From the NCBI RefSeq assembly GCF_009914755.1, contig NC_060946.1: a DNA stretch of 64,000 nucleotides, one strand, 5' to 3'. Positions 26,716-41,590 of this stretch are shown one piece after another. Within the stretch, counting starts at the first letter, position 1. The number at the start of each line of letters is the position of its first letter. Below the pieces are notes generated by a model that was not told where the DNA came from, did no database searches, and saw only the letters and a list, made by a program, of their open reading frames with translations. The stretch is from the human T2T-CHM13v2.0 reference genome, Homo sapiens. The translations under genes were made by a program, and so were the position numbers.

Positions 26716-28610
26716 AGGAGGTCGGGGTGCAGGGAGCTGGATCGGGGGTGCTGATGATGTCGGAGGAGCTCCTTGTGGATCTGGAGATAATTTTCCTATA
26801 AAATTCCCTCTCTCCTTTGTTTCCAAGACCCTTGACCACACTTGCACCTTCCCCTACCACCTCCCCCTCCACAGTTAATAATAACATACATGTGTCTGTG
26901 TGTACTCGACAGGGAATGCGAACGTATTTGCGTGAATCTGTACCTTGGTGTAATAGTGTATTTAATACAAGTAGTATCTGGGTGTACGTGTGAGGATGTT
27001 TGTGGGATTTGTGGGTCTGTGTGAACGTGTCAGTCTCTGTGTCTGTGTGTGTGTGCACATGTGGGGCTGCGAGTGTCTCCGTGGATTTCTTCTCCTTTAG
27101 GGGAGGGCAGCTCTGTGCCTGGGAAGTGAACGCTGTGGGTTAAGCATCGAAGACCACCCTCCCCACCAGTTTTCTCTGGAGGGTCAGGATGCAGGGGGAT
27201 CCCTAGACTCAGGGATCGAGAGATTATTTGCCAATGGTATTCACTCCCTCCTTTGTTTCCAAGACCCTTGACCACCCCTCCACCTACCCCAACAAGTTTG
27301 AGTGCATGCATGTGCACACATACACACACATACACACTTCCACTTTTTCTGTGGTCTGCAAGCCTTGGCTCTTGTTTTTTCTCCCTTCACACCCCACTCT
27401 CCCCTCTCCAGCCCCTTGTCATGGGTCCTCAGCCCCACTACCCCAGGCCTTCATTCCCTTCTTCTGGGGGAGTGTCTGGCCTGGCAGCCACAGGAGACTG
27501 GCGTGGTTCATCTTATACTTGCCTGCTGTGTGACCTTGGGCAATCATCGCCCCCTTCCACTTGATTTCCTGGCTTCAGAAAGGGGCTCTTTGGACCATGT
27601 TATTTCTAAGCTCAGAGCCCAACCCCATGGTCAGCTCCTAGCACTGACTCCCTAGTGGGGAGAACTGTGGGCCAGGTTAGGATGTGTGCCAATGGCTGCA
27701 GGAGAGCACAGGCAGCACCCTGTGGGCATGGAGAGGGAGAGGAGGCAGGGGCTCTGAGTGTGTGTAGAGGGGAGGGGAGGCGAGGGTGGGAGGAAGAACA
27801 CAGGAGCTGCTGGACCAGAACAGAAGAACCCCTTGCCTGTATATTTAGCTCATCGAGGAATATAAACAGAAACCTGGAGCTGGCTCAATGCTCCCCCCGA
27901 AGTGTGAGTCATCACTGCTGCTGCAGCTAAAGTTAGGCTCCAATCACAGGCTCCCTTCTCCTCTCACTCCTCTTCATCCTTCTTGGTTCCCTTATTGCCT
28001 CCTTATCTCTTTATCTCGTTCTCCTCATCTCTCCCCTCTCCTCTCCTGTCTTTCTCCCCCAATTTTTCACCTCTTTGATGCTCTAAACTCATCCCCTCCC
28101 CATCAGTCAGTTCCCTCCTCTTCCCTCTCCTTTGATTTTTTTCTATCTTCCTCCTCTCTCTCTCTTTTCCCTCTGTCTCTAGTACCAATGTCTTTCCCTC
28201 TTCTCGAGTGCATTTGGGAAAGGATCTATTTGTGCTTGTGTTTGTGTGAGGGTGAACTTAATAATAATAACATGATGTGTCTGTGTGTACTTGAGAGGGA
28301 GTGTGAATGTATTTGTGTGATTTTGTATCTTGGTGTGAGAGTGTATTTAACAAAAGTGGTATCTGTTTGGGTGTACACGTGAGGGTGTTTGTGGGTCTGT
28401 GTGAATGTGTCAGTGTGTGTATCTGTGTGTGCACACGTGGGAGTGTGAGATTGTGTGTCAATGTCTCCATGTGTTTATTCTCCCTTGGGGGGAGGGCAGC
28501 TGCATGCCTGGGAAGTGAATACTCTGAGTTAAACATCAGAGACCACCCCCAAGTTTGCTCTGGGGGGTCAGGGTGCGAGGGGACCCCCAGACCTCTGCAG
28601 GCTGAGATTG
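26716..28610 (+). repeat. Old, diverged local direct duplication (26876-27210 matches 28258-28595; 26780-26860 matches 27215-27300)
   Basis: Co-linear shared blocks, e.g. TTAATAATAA...ATGTGTCTGTGTGTACT, GGGAGGGCAGCT...GCCTGGGAAGTGAA and CTCCTTTGTTTCCAAGACCCTTGACCAC. Confidence 0.85.
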
Positions 28611-29439
28611 AGGTGGTTGCAGGCTCTGGGCTTATCTGGACCTAGCTGGGCAAGGGGAGTGGGGTGGGCATGGGCTTGGCTTTCAGGCCCTGCCCTGTAA
28701 CTTTCTGCTGTGTGACCTTGGTCCAGTTTCTTGGTTTCTCTGATTCCTGCTCTGCATGTGCCAGAGGTGTGTGATGAACCTGCTCCCCTCTGCAGGCTGG
28801 GGCCTGGTGGGGGCAGTCAGGGAATTCACAGGCATGGGGGAGTAGTGAGGACACGCTAGTCACCGGATATCCTGAGGACTCTTGTTCAAGTCTGTGCCTC
28901 ATAGGGGTTGGCTCATCTGCTTCCCAAATGTCTATTTATAATTTATGCCGACTTTCAAATGGAATTGGAGGCTGGGCCCCCCACTGGAAGGGCCCCCCTC
29001 ATCTGAATCCGTGGATGGCCATGCCCACATTCAGGGTACATCTTCAAAGACACTCCCTGCAGGGAGCTCCCCCTCGGAGAGTGTGCATCTGCCTCCTCCA
29101 TCCCTCCCTAACATCCCCCACCATGGCCTGCCTCTGCCCTCCATGAAGGGATTCCTGGAAAGGTTTTATGAAAGGGAGAGAGTGTGTGAGAGTGTGTGAG
29201 AGATGAGAGATGGACGGGAGGAGCTGAGAGAGGCGCCTGGTGGCGGGCAGGACAGCTGGAGCCCCAGGCTCTGCTCAGCCAGCCTGGAGAAATATCTGGG
29301 TCCTCAGCTGGGTAGGTGGGTGCAGATGTCAGGGCCCTTTGTTTCAGGAACCAAGGAACCTGCACAGCCTTTTTGCTCCAGAGTGACACCTTTCTCCCAG
29401 TCTATTCTATATAGCAATGAGGGCAAGCTTTTTAGGATT

Positions 29440-30355
<916 letters not shown>

Positions 30356-31799
30356 CTGCTTTTTAGGATTTGAGTCACACCATGTCCCTGACCACCTCAT
30401 TTAAAATGACAAGACTCCCCCCACCCCATCCTTACTCCCCACCCACCACATCTGCTTTAATTTGCTCTACAGGCAGATCAGAATCTGAGGTACTATATAT
30501 TTTACTTATTTATCTTCTGACTTCCCCACTAAAATATAAGCTCCAAGAGGACCAGGACTTTGTTTTGCTCACTGCTGTACCTCCAGGGCCCAAACTGGGC
30601 CTGGCACATGGTGGGAGCTTGGGGGTAGCTGCTGAAGAGGCAAAGCTGCCCCATCACAGCCTCCTGTGTGTGAGGATCACTGCCCATTCATTCCTTCAGC
30701 AAACCTGCTGGCACTCCCTCTATGCCCAGCTCTGGTCTCTACAAACGGGTCCTGCTTTGTAGGGCTCCCAGTCTGGCTGGGGTGGCACAGAGGGGGGCCA
30801 TGGAGACAGGGCAGGAGTTTGGAGGGAAGGACCACTGATTCTGCCTGGGGTTGCCCTGGAGGAGTCAGGCCTGAGGGAGGCAAAGGCACTCTCTATGTGG
30901 CAACATCTCATGATAGCTTTTTCTAACCCCATAAGACCACAGCCGAACTGAGGGCAGGGCTGGTGAATATTCTCCAAAACCCACATATGGCGAAGGCACA
31001 GAACTGGCCTCAGCTGGCAAACTGGACTGAATAATCCTTTCCAGGAGGTTCTGGTTTTAACAATGATCAAAACCTTGCAAGAAAGCACTGTAGCCCTGAC
31101 GGTGGAATTCAAGTGCCACGGGAGGCTGAGGCTGCCTCTTCTGCCTCTGGGCAAAGCTTGCCTGCTCCCTCAAATGCCCATCCTAAGCCATCAGGGCTTG
31201 AAAGACCACAGGGCAGGGCCCAGGCTTACAGTAATGACCTGGCCAACTACAGCGCCTCCAGCCTGAGACCCACTCCCACCACACAGGCCTCATGGTCTCT
31301 CCTTGATGGCGACATTGAGGGTGTTTGCCTGGAAGCCTGACTGCCCGGGTGCCGGGACTTTGTCCAGCTGAGGATAAAAGGGATAGTTGCCTGCTCTATT
31401 ATTCTATCTCCAAGCAGCAGGAGTGGCAGAAAGGAAGAGTGTGAGGGCACACGTGCGTGAGAGATGTACATACACACACACAGCGGGGAGACGGGAGAGC
31501 AAGAGACAGACAGGAAGAGTTAGGGAGACAGAGAGACAGAGGGGCATGGAGAGAGCCAGAGAAAGGGTAAGACAGAGAAACGCCAAGGAGGAAGGGAGCC
31601 AGGCAAGGGAAACAGGAAGCAGGAGAGAGACGCCCAAAGAGACAGAGACAGAGGTGGACAGAAGCCAGCAGGGGCAGAGGGTCCCCACCCCCTGCACCCC
31701 AAGGTGATTTTTCCTCTTTTCATCGTCCACTCTCCTCTCTGGCTCCGTCGCTCCTAAGCTGGGCTTTCCGGTCCCTCTTCCACCTCTTCCCCAGTGTCA

Positions 31800-32122
<323 letters not shown>

Positions 32123-32460
32123 CCCCCATGTCTTTTTTAACCTGATGCTCTCCGGGCCTTTGCTCCTGCTGTCCCTTGGCTTGAGATGCCCTTCCTCCAA
32201 TACTCGGCTAGGAAAACTCAGATCTGCCCACTGCCTGTTGTCCCTTCTAGGCCTTCACTGTCTCTCCCTTTGTGGAGCCTTCTTTGGCCCTCCTGGTCTG
32301 ACCCCAGAAAATATCGTTTCCTCCTGGGGGCTCCCAGCTCCTTTCTTCCGAGCTTAAATCCAGGTTGTCCAGATGTGGCTTCTCCCCACAGGGCTGGGGT
32401 TCATCTGTTTCTGTATACCTGACACGTGGCACTTAGTAGGTGGTCAATAAACATCACTGA

Positions 32461-32856
<396 letters not shown>

Positions 32857-32888
32857 TAGATAGGCTTTTGTCCTGGGCAGAGATAGAT

Positions 32889-32921
<33 letters not shown>

Positions 32922-34329
32922 CGCACACACATGCACTCTGGCATAGAATCCTGTTTATGCTACTTATTAGCTGTGTGACTCTGGGCAATTTACTTAATTT
33001 CTCCGGATTCTGGTTCTCCCGAGTGTAAGTGGAGCTGCATGATCCCTGTCACCTAGGACTGCTGGGGGTTAAGTGGGCTGATAGAAGAAGTGGACACCTG
33101 CAGCCGGGCCCAGGGGCTCCCTGCTTCTCAGCTACATAAGCCAGCTCCACCCCCACACTTCCTGCCCAGATTCCTAGGGATGCAGCAATCTTGGGGGGCT
33201 GCCAGTGTTCTCCTGGACCCCTCTGGCTTTGACCTTTTGCTTCTGCTGGCTTAGTGCAGTTGGGGATGGACTGGGTGACATGCCCAGGGCTGTTCTTGTT
33301 CATGTCAGCACTGAGGGGGAGCTCGGCTCCTTTCTTGATATCCACACACTGAGTACCCCTGTGGGTCCAGCAGATGTTCCTGGGGACTTGGCAGGGGAGG
33401 GACACTGACACTGCAGCCATGCAAACCACTTCAAATCGAAGTCCCCCCGCTTCTGGGGGATCCCCCCAGGTGCGTCCCCCTCTGCGTGTCCCTGGTCTCC
33501 TCCATCTTGCAATCTCTTCTCTCCTCTCCCTTCCCTCTCCACTCTTTTCTCTCTGGACCTTCTGATTCTTCTCTCTTTATGTTGCAGAACAATCCAGCCA
33601 CTACCTTCCAGACTGGGCTCTGGGTCCATCTTGGCCTCTTCAAACCCATCAAGGTGCCCACAGGTGCTGGGGTTCAGCCTGCCCCATCACATATGGGAAG
33701 CCCAGCGTCTGGCCCATCCTCCCTAGGGTCTCATTCCAAATCTCCTCCCTGTTTTACCCACAGTCAGCACTTCCAGAATTTTCCATCTCGTAATGTCCTC
33801 CAGCCATGGCACAGGCCTGGTACGCAGAGGTGATTAACAGATGCTTTTGGACTGTTGAAGCTTGCATTCTGCCATTGGTTTTCTCCTATCATGGTGGACT
33901 GCTCCCAGGCCAGGGACATTTGGGGCCCAGTGCTCCTGTTTCGGCCTGGTTCTTAGGTGTTCAGGCCACATCACTGCTTGCAGCGTGATTGGGATTCTGG
34001 GGCCTGAGCAGGGCTGGTGAGAGAGGCCCCTCTCCATGTCCCAGAGGAATGTGCTCCACCGGGGGGTGGCCTATGGAGGGAGGGTAACTCAGGCCAGTTC
34101 CCTTCCTCCTTTAGTAGGTGGAGCCACTCTGTCAGTTTGGAATCCTGGAAACCTGGAATCTTAGAGCTTTTGAGTCTTAGAACATAGGATCCTAGTTAAG
34201 AGCACAGACCCCCTGAATTGGAATCCCAGCTCTGCCATTTATTAGCTGTGTGACTTTGAGCAAGTTACCTAACCTCTCTGTGCCAATGTTTTCTCACCTG
34301 TAAAATGGTAGCAATGATTTTACAAGATT

Positions 34330-34663
<334 letters not shown>

Positions 34664-35243
34664 GATTTTACAAGATTATGGTAAGAATTAAGGGGGTTAA
34701 TTTTTGTCAAGTGCTTAGACCAGGGCCTGGCACAGATAAAGGATCTGTGAGCATCTGAGAAATAAATCAGTGTGAATTCTGAGCATACTGGAATCTTTGT
34801 CCCTGTGCTATTAAGATCTTTAGGCCTGGAAGGGACCTCATTTCATGTCATAGGGCAGGAATTCTGCCCCAGTTTCCTTCAGCCCAGCTTGTTTATTTGT
34901 CCCCATGGACAGATGATCCCTTTCTATCCAGCCACTACAATTGCAAGAAAGTTCTGGGGGGCGGAGGTGAGCCTGGGCCCTGCAGCTGCTGCAGCAGCAA
35001 GGAAGAGCCTGGTTGGGCTTTGTCCCTGGAAGAGGGCAGGGGATTCCGGGTCTAGGGAGGTGGTAGGGAGCCTGGTTCATTTGTCAGGGGGGTGCATTAG
35101 GGGGCTCCAGGCTGGGGTCTACCTCGTCCACCCTCTGGTAGTGGCCTGGCAGCCCTACTCCCAGGACATGGTAGGACCAACAAATATGTGTGGCTGATGC
35201 AGCCTTCTGCAATTACCAGGCACAACATAAATAGCAGTAATGA

Positions 35244-36097
<854 letters not shown>

Positions 36098-38039
36098 TTA
36101 GATATAAAACAGGACTTTCTGCTAGTATAGATGCTTGAAGGAGGCTGAGGTGGGAGTGTTAGTCCTGTCAAGACAAGGAAGGGACCCAGATCACGAAGGG
36201 TAGCAGATTTCTGCTCAAATCTGTAAAAGAGCTTTGAATGATCAGAAATACCCAGAGAGCAGAGGAGCTGCCCCAGGAGGTGGTGAGATCTACATTACCT
36301 CAGGTGTACAAGCAGGGACAGGGTGGCCACTTCGGAAGACTATAGCTGAAGGGACCCAGACCTGAGAATTCACCGTCTGGTGGCTTCTCGAGGTCCTGTC
36401 CAGTCTTCTGAACTTTGCTTTATGAAAATGTCCCTGGAGGAGAATGGGAAGAAGTTGGTGGTGGTTGGTATCTTCTCCCCATCATGCCGCCTGATTTCTT
36501 TCACCCTCCAGGCCTGCGGCTTTCTAGCTGTGCATTCAGCTGCTCGGGGCATGGAGTGCCTGCCATGCTACCTTGTTCCTGCCTCCATGCCTTCTCCCTC
36601 CTTGATGCCATTTCTCTACCCACCTTCTCTCTTCTTATCTCGATCCTGTACAAGCTTTCAAGGCTCAGTTCAAGTCTCTCGCCTTTGATGAGGCTTCCCT
36701 GAAGACTCCTGATCTGAAGCCCACTCTGATCTGATATAAATCCGTCCCACCTGCAGGGCTGTCTGGCTTGCTGAATTCACACCTGTAAGACACCTCTCAG
36801 CCCGTGTGTGCTTAGACGACCTTGCCTTGGAGTCTGGAGACAAAGGCTTGTTTTGTCTCCTTAGACTAAAAGCTAGAAAGGGATGAATATTTGTTGGACA
36901 CCTATTATGTGTTAGACACTGTGCTAAGCCCTTTAAAGATGGTTTGCATCCTGCAAAGTGTGAAACCTTATCGCCATTTCACAGATGAGGCACCTGAGAC
37001 TCAGAGATGTTAACGGGCTTTGCTTCCCATCCTCAGTCAGGAAGCAGCAGAGCTGGGATCAAACCTGAGTGTACCTTTCTCTAAAGCTGTGACTATCTGC
37101 CAGCATCGGAGGGGTGGGGGGGCTCAGGGCAGCCCTCAGCAACCCCCTGGTGCCCCTCACCACACATTCTCCAAAGAGGTGGAGAGGGTTACGCTGGGCA
37201 GCCCAGTGTGACAACATCTGGGCAGGGGTTGGGAGCACTGGACTCGTACTGGGGGCTGCTGCTTCCCAGCCGAGTAACCTTGACCAGGCAGCTCATCTCT
37301 GGCCTCAGTTTCTTCATCGGTAAAATGGGGGCAAAAGGGTGGAACTCCAGGCAGTTTAAAGAAGTGCCTAGCACACAGCAGGTGTTCACTAAATGCTTCC
37401 TGAGTTGTGAGGCAGTGAGTAGACCATTTGGCCTGCATTGGGGAGAGTCTTGGTGCTTTTAATTTGTTTGGCTGGATGCAAATGAACAAATAAAAGGGGG
37501 TTATAACCTTGAACACTCCCTCTCCCCAATCCACAGCCCTTGGGTGAGAGAGGAAGGGAGACAGGCCTCAGGAGCGTGGGATTGGGGGAACTGGTGTGAC
37601 AGGGTCCTGGAAAGTGGTGAGAATGAAGCCTTTGCAGCCGGATAGAGGCATCTGTTTCACCTGGGGGCCCTCTGAGAAGCCTTCCTGGAGGAGGTGGCCT
37701 TTCAGCCAAGCCTAGAGGGTGGGAAGAAGCAGGGTTGTGAATGAGAAGTGTGGAGGCAGCCTGGGCGGTTGAGCGACCTTTAGAGCTGGGTTCTAGCTCA
37801 GCTCTACCGTTTAAGAGCTGGGGTCTTAGGTGGGTGACCCCTCACCGGGGCAGTGGGGTGAACACCCCCGACCTGGATCTCAGAGAGGAGACAGGGTGGA
37901 ACGTGGCAGAGCAGGCACCTGGGACCCGGGGGTGGTCAGTAATGCCCCCCACCCACCTCTTTTTACTCATGACGCAGCCCCCATGCTGAGGGGTCAGGAC
38001 CCCACCCCAGGCAAGAACCTGGATTTTAAGGAGCTGGCC

Positions 38040-39310
38040 GCGGGCTGGGGGCTTCCTACCCTCTGGGAAGGGGTGGGAGCTCACCAGCCGCCGCCGTCAG
38101 TCTGTCTGTCGCCTCCACGCCTCCCCCCTCCAGCGTCCCGCGCCTGCAGCTTTCCCCGAAGACATTTGGTGTCAGTATAAGGACGGCTTTTCCTCGCACG
38201 CAGCGCGGCTCGGTCTCGCCGCCGCCGCACGTCCCCGCACCGCCAGGCGCTCGGGCTCCTCCGCAGCCCCCGCCGCGCGCAGACCCCGCGCTTCGAGCCC
38301 TGAGCCGGAGGCGCGAGCAGAGCCGAGGCAGGCGAGAGACCGGCCTCAGCCCCGCGCTCCCCGCCGCGCTGGTCTCTCCCGGGCACTTGCCCCGCTGCTC
38401 GGTCCCCGCAGCACCCGCGCCCCCGCCCCGGCCCGGAGCGCCGCGCTCCCGCCCGCCGCCCGCCCAGAGCCTCGCCGTCCCTCCAGCCCGCCGCCTCCTC
38501 CTCCTCCCGCCATGGCCCGGGCCCCCGGGCCCGCCGCCCCCCGCCCGCCGCCCCCCGCGCCCCGGGGGCTCAGCTGATCCTGAATTGGCGGGGGGTCGGC
38601 TGGCGGGGCTGGGGGTCCCTCTCGATCGCCGGCTTCGGGTGGGGACGCGTTGTCCCCGCGTCTCTAACCTGGACGACCCCCCGCGGCCGGGCCACGTCCA
38701 TGCCAAGGTAGGTGGGGGCTGGGTGGGTGGGGGGAAGGAAGGGAGGGCTTCGCTTCGATGCCAGTTTCTTGGCGCGTTGGCTTCTCTCTTCACTGGGGCA
38801 TTTATTTATTTATTTCTGGGGATCGATCCTCCCCACCCGCGCGTACCCGTCAGGTGAGCCCCCCATCCCGCGCCTTCGGGGCCATGCCTTGGGAGGAAGG
38901 ACAGGAAACTTTGACCGGTCCTCTCTCCAAGGCCACGAAAGTTCTCTCGGTGCCAATACTGAAGCCAGCTGAGCCAGCGCTGCAGAAATTTATTCAACAA
39001 GTCAGGCTGCCGGCCGGGGCCCGGGTTGTCCGCGCGTCCGGCCGCCCCTCCGCGGCTGCGGCTCTGCGGGCAGCTGGGCCAGAGCTGGTGCCCGTGTCCG
39101 GCGGGCTGAGCTGGGAGCGCTGGCCTGGGAGCGCGGCAGCGGGGGCCACTGGATGGGGGAATCCCGGGCAGGGTTTAACTTTCCCGGAGGCGGGGGTGGC
39201 GGAGACCCCCCCTTTGGCTGGCACCCCAGCGGGGCGGAGGCCTCGCTGCATGAAGCCAGGCCAGGGTCGGAGCCGGGGCTGTAGGGGTGAAAGGGACCCT
39301 CGGCCGGCTG
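38040..39310 (+). promoter_or_regulatory. CACNA1I: CpG island, probable CACNA1I promoter with TATA-like TATAAG (38176-38181)
   Basis: Very dense CpG and GC boxes. It is the only large CpG island between RPS19BP1 and the CACNA1I ATG, and it contains the strong donor AAG|GTAGGT at 38707/38708. Confidence 0.75.
38205..38707 (+). other. CACNA1I: Predicted non-coding first exon of CACNA1I (5' UTR), spliced to 51519
   Basis: TSS inferred ~30 nt downstream of TATAAG. Consensus donor at 38708 and matching acceptor CCTCTCTGTCTTCCCCAG|G at 51518. Confidence 0.62.
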
Positions 39311-39609
39311 GAGGTGTTATGTAATGAGTGCTTATGATGATTGGGTGCTAATTGCCTACTGGGTGGTGTTGTGGGGGAGCTGTGGGGGACTACGGGGCTT
39401 GGCAGTGGTGGGGAGGCCTCTTTTGGGGGAAGTCATGGTGCCTGGGGGAGGGGGCTGTGGTGGGGCCCAGGCTGAGGCCTCAGTCAGCCCCTCTGCTAGT
39501 GTCTTTCTGCCTTGTCAGGGCCCTGGGGGCTCCTGACCTGAGGATGAGATTGGGGTCTGAGAAGACCTCTGAGCTATATTCTTGTCCTGAGGGTCTGTAT
39601 CCTGGGTCC

Positions 39610-39611
<2 letters not shown>

Positions 39612-39655
<44 letters not shown>

Positions 39656-39668
39656 CAGAGAGAGAGAA
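39612..39668 (+). repeat. (GT)~17(GA)n compound microsatellite
   Basis: Seen directly. Confidence 0.95.
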
Positions 39669-40562
39669 TGAGCGAGCGCTGGAGTGGGCCTGCGTGTCTG
39701 GCGTGTGTGGTGTGCCGGGGTCTGATCACCATGCGAGGAGAGTCCTCGCTGGAGCACTCAGATTGGCCCAGGCAGTGGCCAGTTCGTCCTCTGTCTCTCA
39801 CTGCCTGGAGGATTCGCCCCGCAGACGCTGGCACCACCTCGGGGCTAGGACGCTGTGTGAACAGGGGTGTGGATCTGTGGCCCAGCCCCAGGGGAAGGGT
39901 TTGGCCCATGGTGTGGGCCTACCTCCCTGCACCCCGTCCTCAGACCCTGCTGGCACCTGGTCACCTCTTGAATCTGTGGCTCCTCTTAGCCCTAAGGACT
40001 CGCTTCCGGAACTCTTGTCCACTCTTCAGGACAAACTTTCTGTTCAGGCTTCAGGATCCAGGGCTGGGCTGGGGACTGAGCTGGGGTCTAGAGACCTCCC
40101 TGTTACCTTCCCACCTCCGCCGTCAACGCAGAGACAGAGGGAGGGGACACCAGTGGGTGATAGGTCAGGACAGGACAGGGTGACACTGAGCAGAGACCAG
40201 GTCTGGGGCCTCAGCAGGGGGAGGAAGAGGAAAAGAAAGAATGTGCCTGGAGGCTGTTGAGCTGGCCTGGCACCAAACCCATGAATCTGCCCACAACCCC
40301 AGAGGGCCTGGTCACCACACCGTGCCCTCCACGCTCTCTTCCTAGCTGTGCAGAGCTGCTGTGCCTGCCCCAGGGCTCACAATGGGAGGCTTGGGGAAGG
40401 GGCTGCTGGCCTGGCTGGAGGCCCCTTCCCCTTCCTTTGACCAAAGTTCTCTGCCCGCTTCTTCCGCATTCCTTCCTCCTCACCCTGCATGCCCCTCCCC
40501 TCCCCTTGCCCCCATTCCAAGCCCTCCTGAGAAAGCTGGGGCTGAGAGGGCATCTTCCAGGC

Positions 40563-40577
40563 CCACCAGGGGGCGCC
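40563..40577 (+). promoter_or_regulatory. CTCF consensus site
   Basis: CCACCAGGGGGCGCC is an exact match to the CTCF core consensus. Confidence 0.78.
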
Positions 40578-41434
40578 AGGCTGTCCGCAGGTCCCTGCGG
40601 CCTCCCCTTGACCTTGAGTGGTCAGGTAGGGGTGGAGGGTGCCGTGAGAACCCCATCCTCTCTCACCCTCTCTCTGCTCCAGACATCTTCCTGAGTCCAT
40701 AGCCAAGCTGGGAGCAGTTTTGGGGACTGCAGCCTCTCTGTGGTTCTGGACCCAGTTCCCCGCCCTGAGCCCACAGGGGTCACCACCTCCAACTCCCCTC
40801 CCCCAGTCTCCTTCATCATGGCCCCCTTTGTGGCCCTCTCTGCCACCTTCACCCCACACCCCAAGTGTGGCTGCTCTGGGCCTCAGCCCCAAGGAAGGGG
40901 CTCTCAGGCCAGTCAGTTTCTGGGCACCACTCTGTCCCTCCCCCACGCTGGCAGGGCTCCCGCCACCCCGCAGTTCCTAGCGCTTTCCAAGGTAGCCAAA
41001 CAGGCTCCTATGTGGCTCCTTGATCCGTGGCTGTCTCCACTTTGGCAGCTGCCTTCTTCTCTTGATTCCTCAGCCCCCCAGCTCCTGGTGTCAAAAACTG
41101 TCTGGAAAGAGGGGATGCTGGGCTGGGCATGGGGGTCTAGAGAGACCCCTCTGGGCTGCAGGGAGAGCAGGGCGCTCTCCCCTCCATCCCTTCTCCTCTG
41201 CAGCCAGCTCTTCCCCTGCTGCTGCTCCTCTTCCTCGCCTGTCCTCCTGTCCCCACTTCTCCTTTCCAACCCCTTCCCTACCTCCTGTTCTTTGCCGCAG
41301 AATGTTTTCTTCCCATATGTTCCTAGGACATGCCCCAGCCTTAATGCCCTCAGTCTACTCTTGTGCCCCTGGCATCCCAGGTCTGGCCTGGGGGCTCAAA
41401 GAGCCCAGGGTGCTGTGTGCCCTGCACACTGTGG

Positions 41435-41590
41435 GTGTATGGTCTGTGGATCTCTGGGAGTGTGAGTGTGCAGGTCTGTGGGTCTGTGGGTCCAGGCATC
41501 TGTGGATCTGTGGGTGTGTCTGTGAATCTGTGGATGGTGGATCCATGGGTCCGTGGATCTGTGGATCCTGATATCCAGGAAGATGTGGGT
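41435..41590 (+). repeat. Degenerate ~9-bp (CTGTGGRT-) tandem repeat
   Basis: Recurrent TCTGTGGAT / TCTGTGGGT units. Confidence 0.75.

Noticed and set aside
39352-41571. Long ORFs of 302, 241 and 189 aa downstream of the CpG island
   Set aside because: No recognisable domain or codon structure. They cross microsatellites, and such ORFs are expected in GC-rich DNA.
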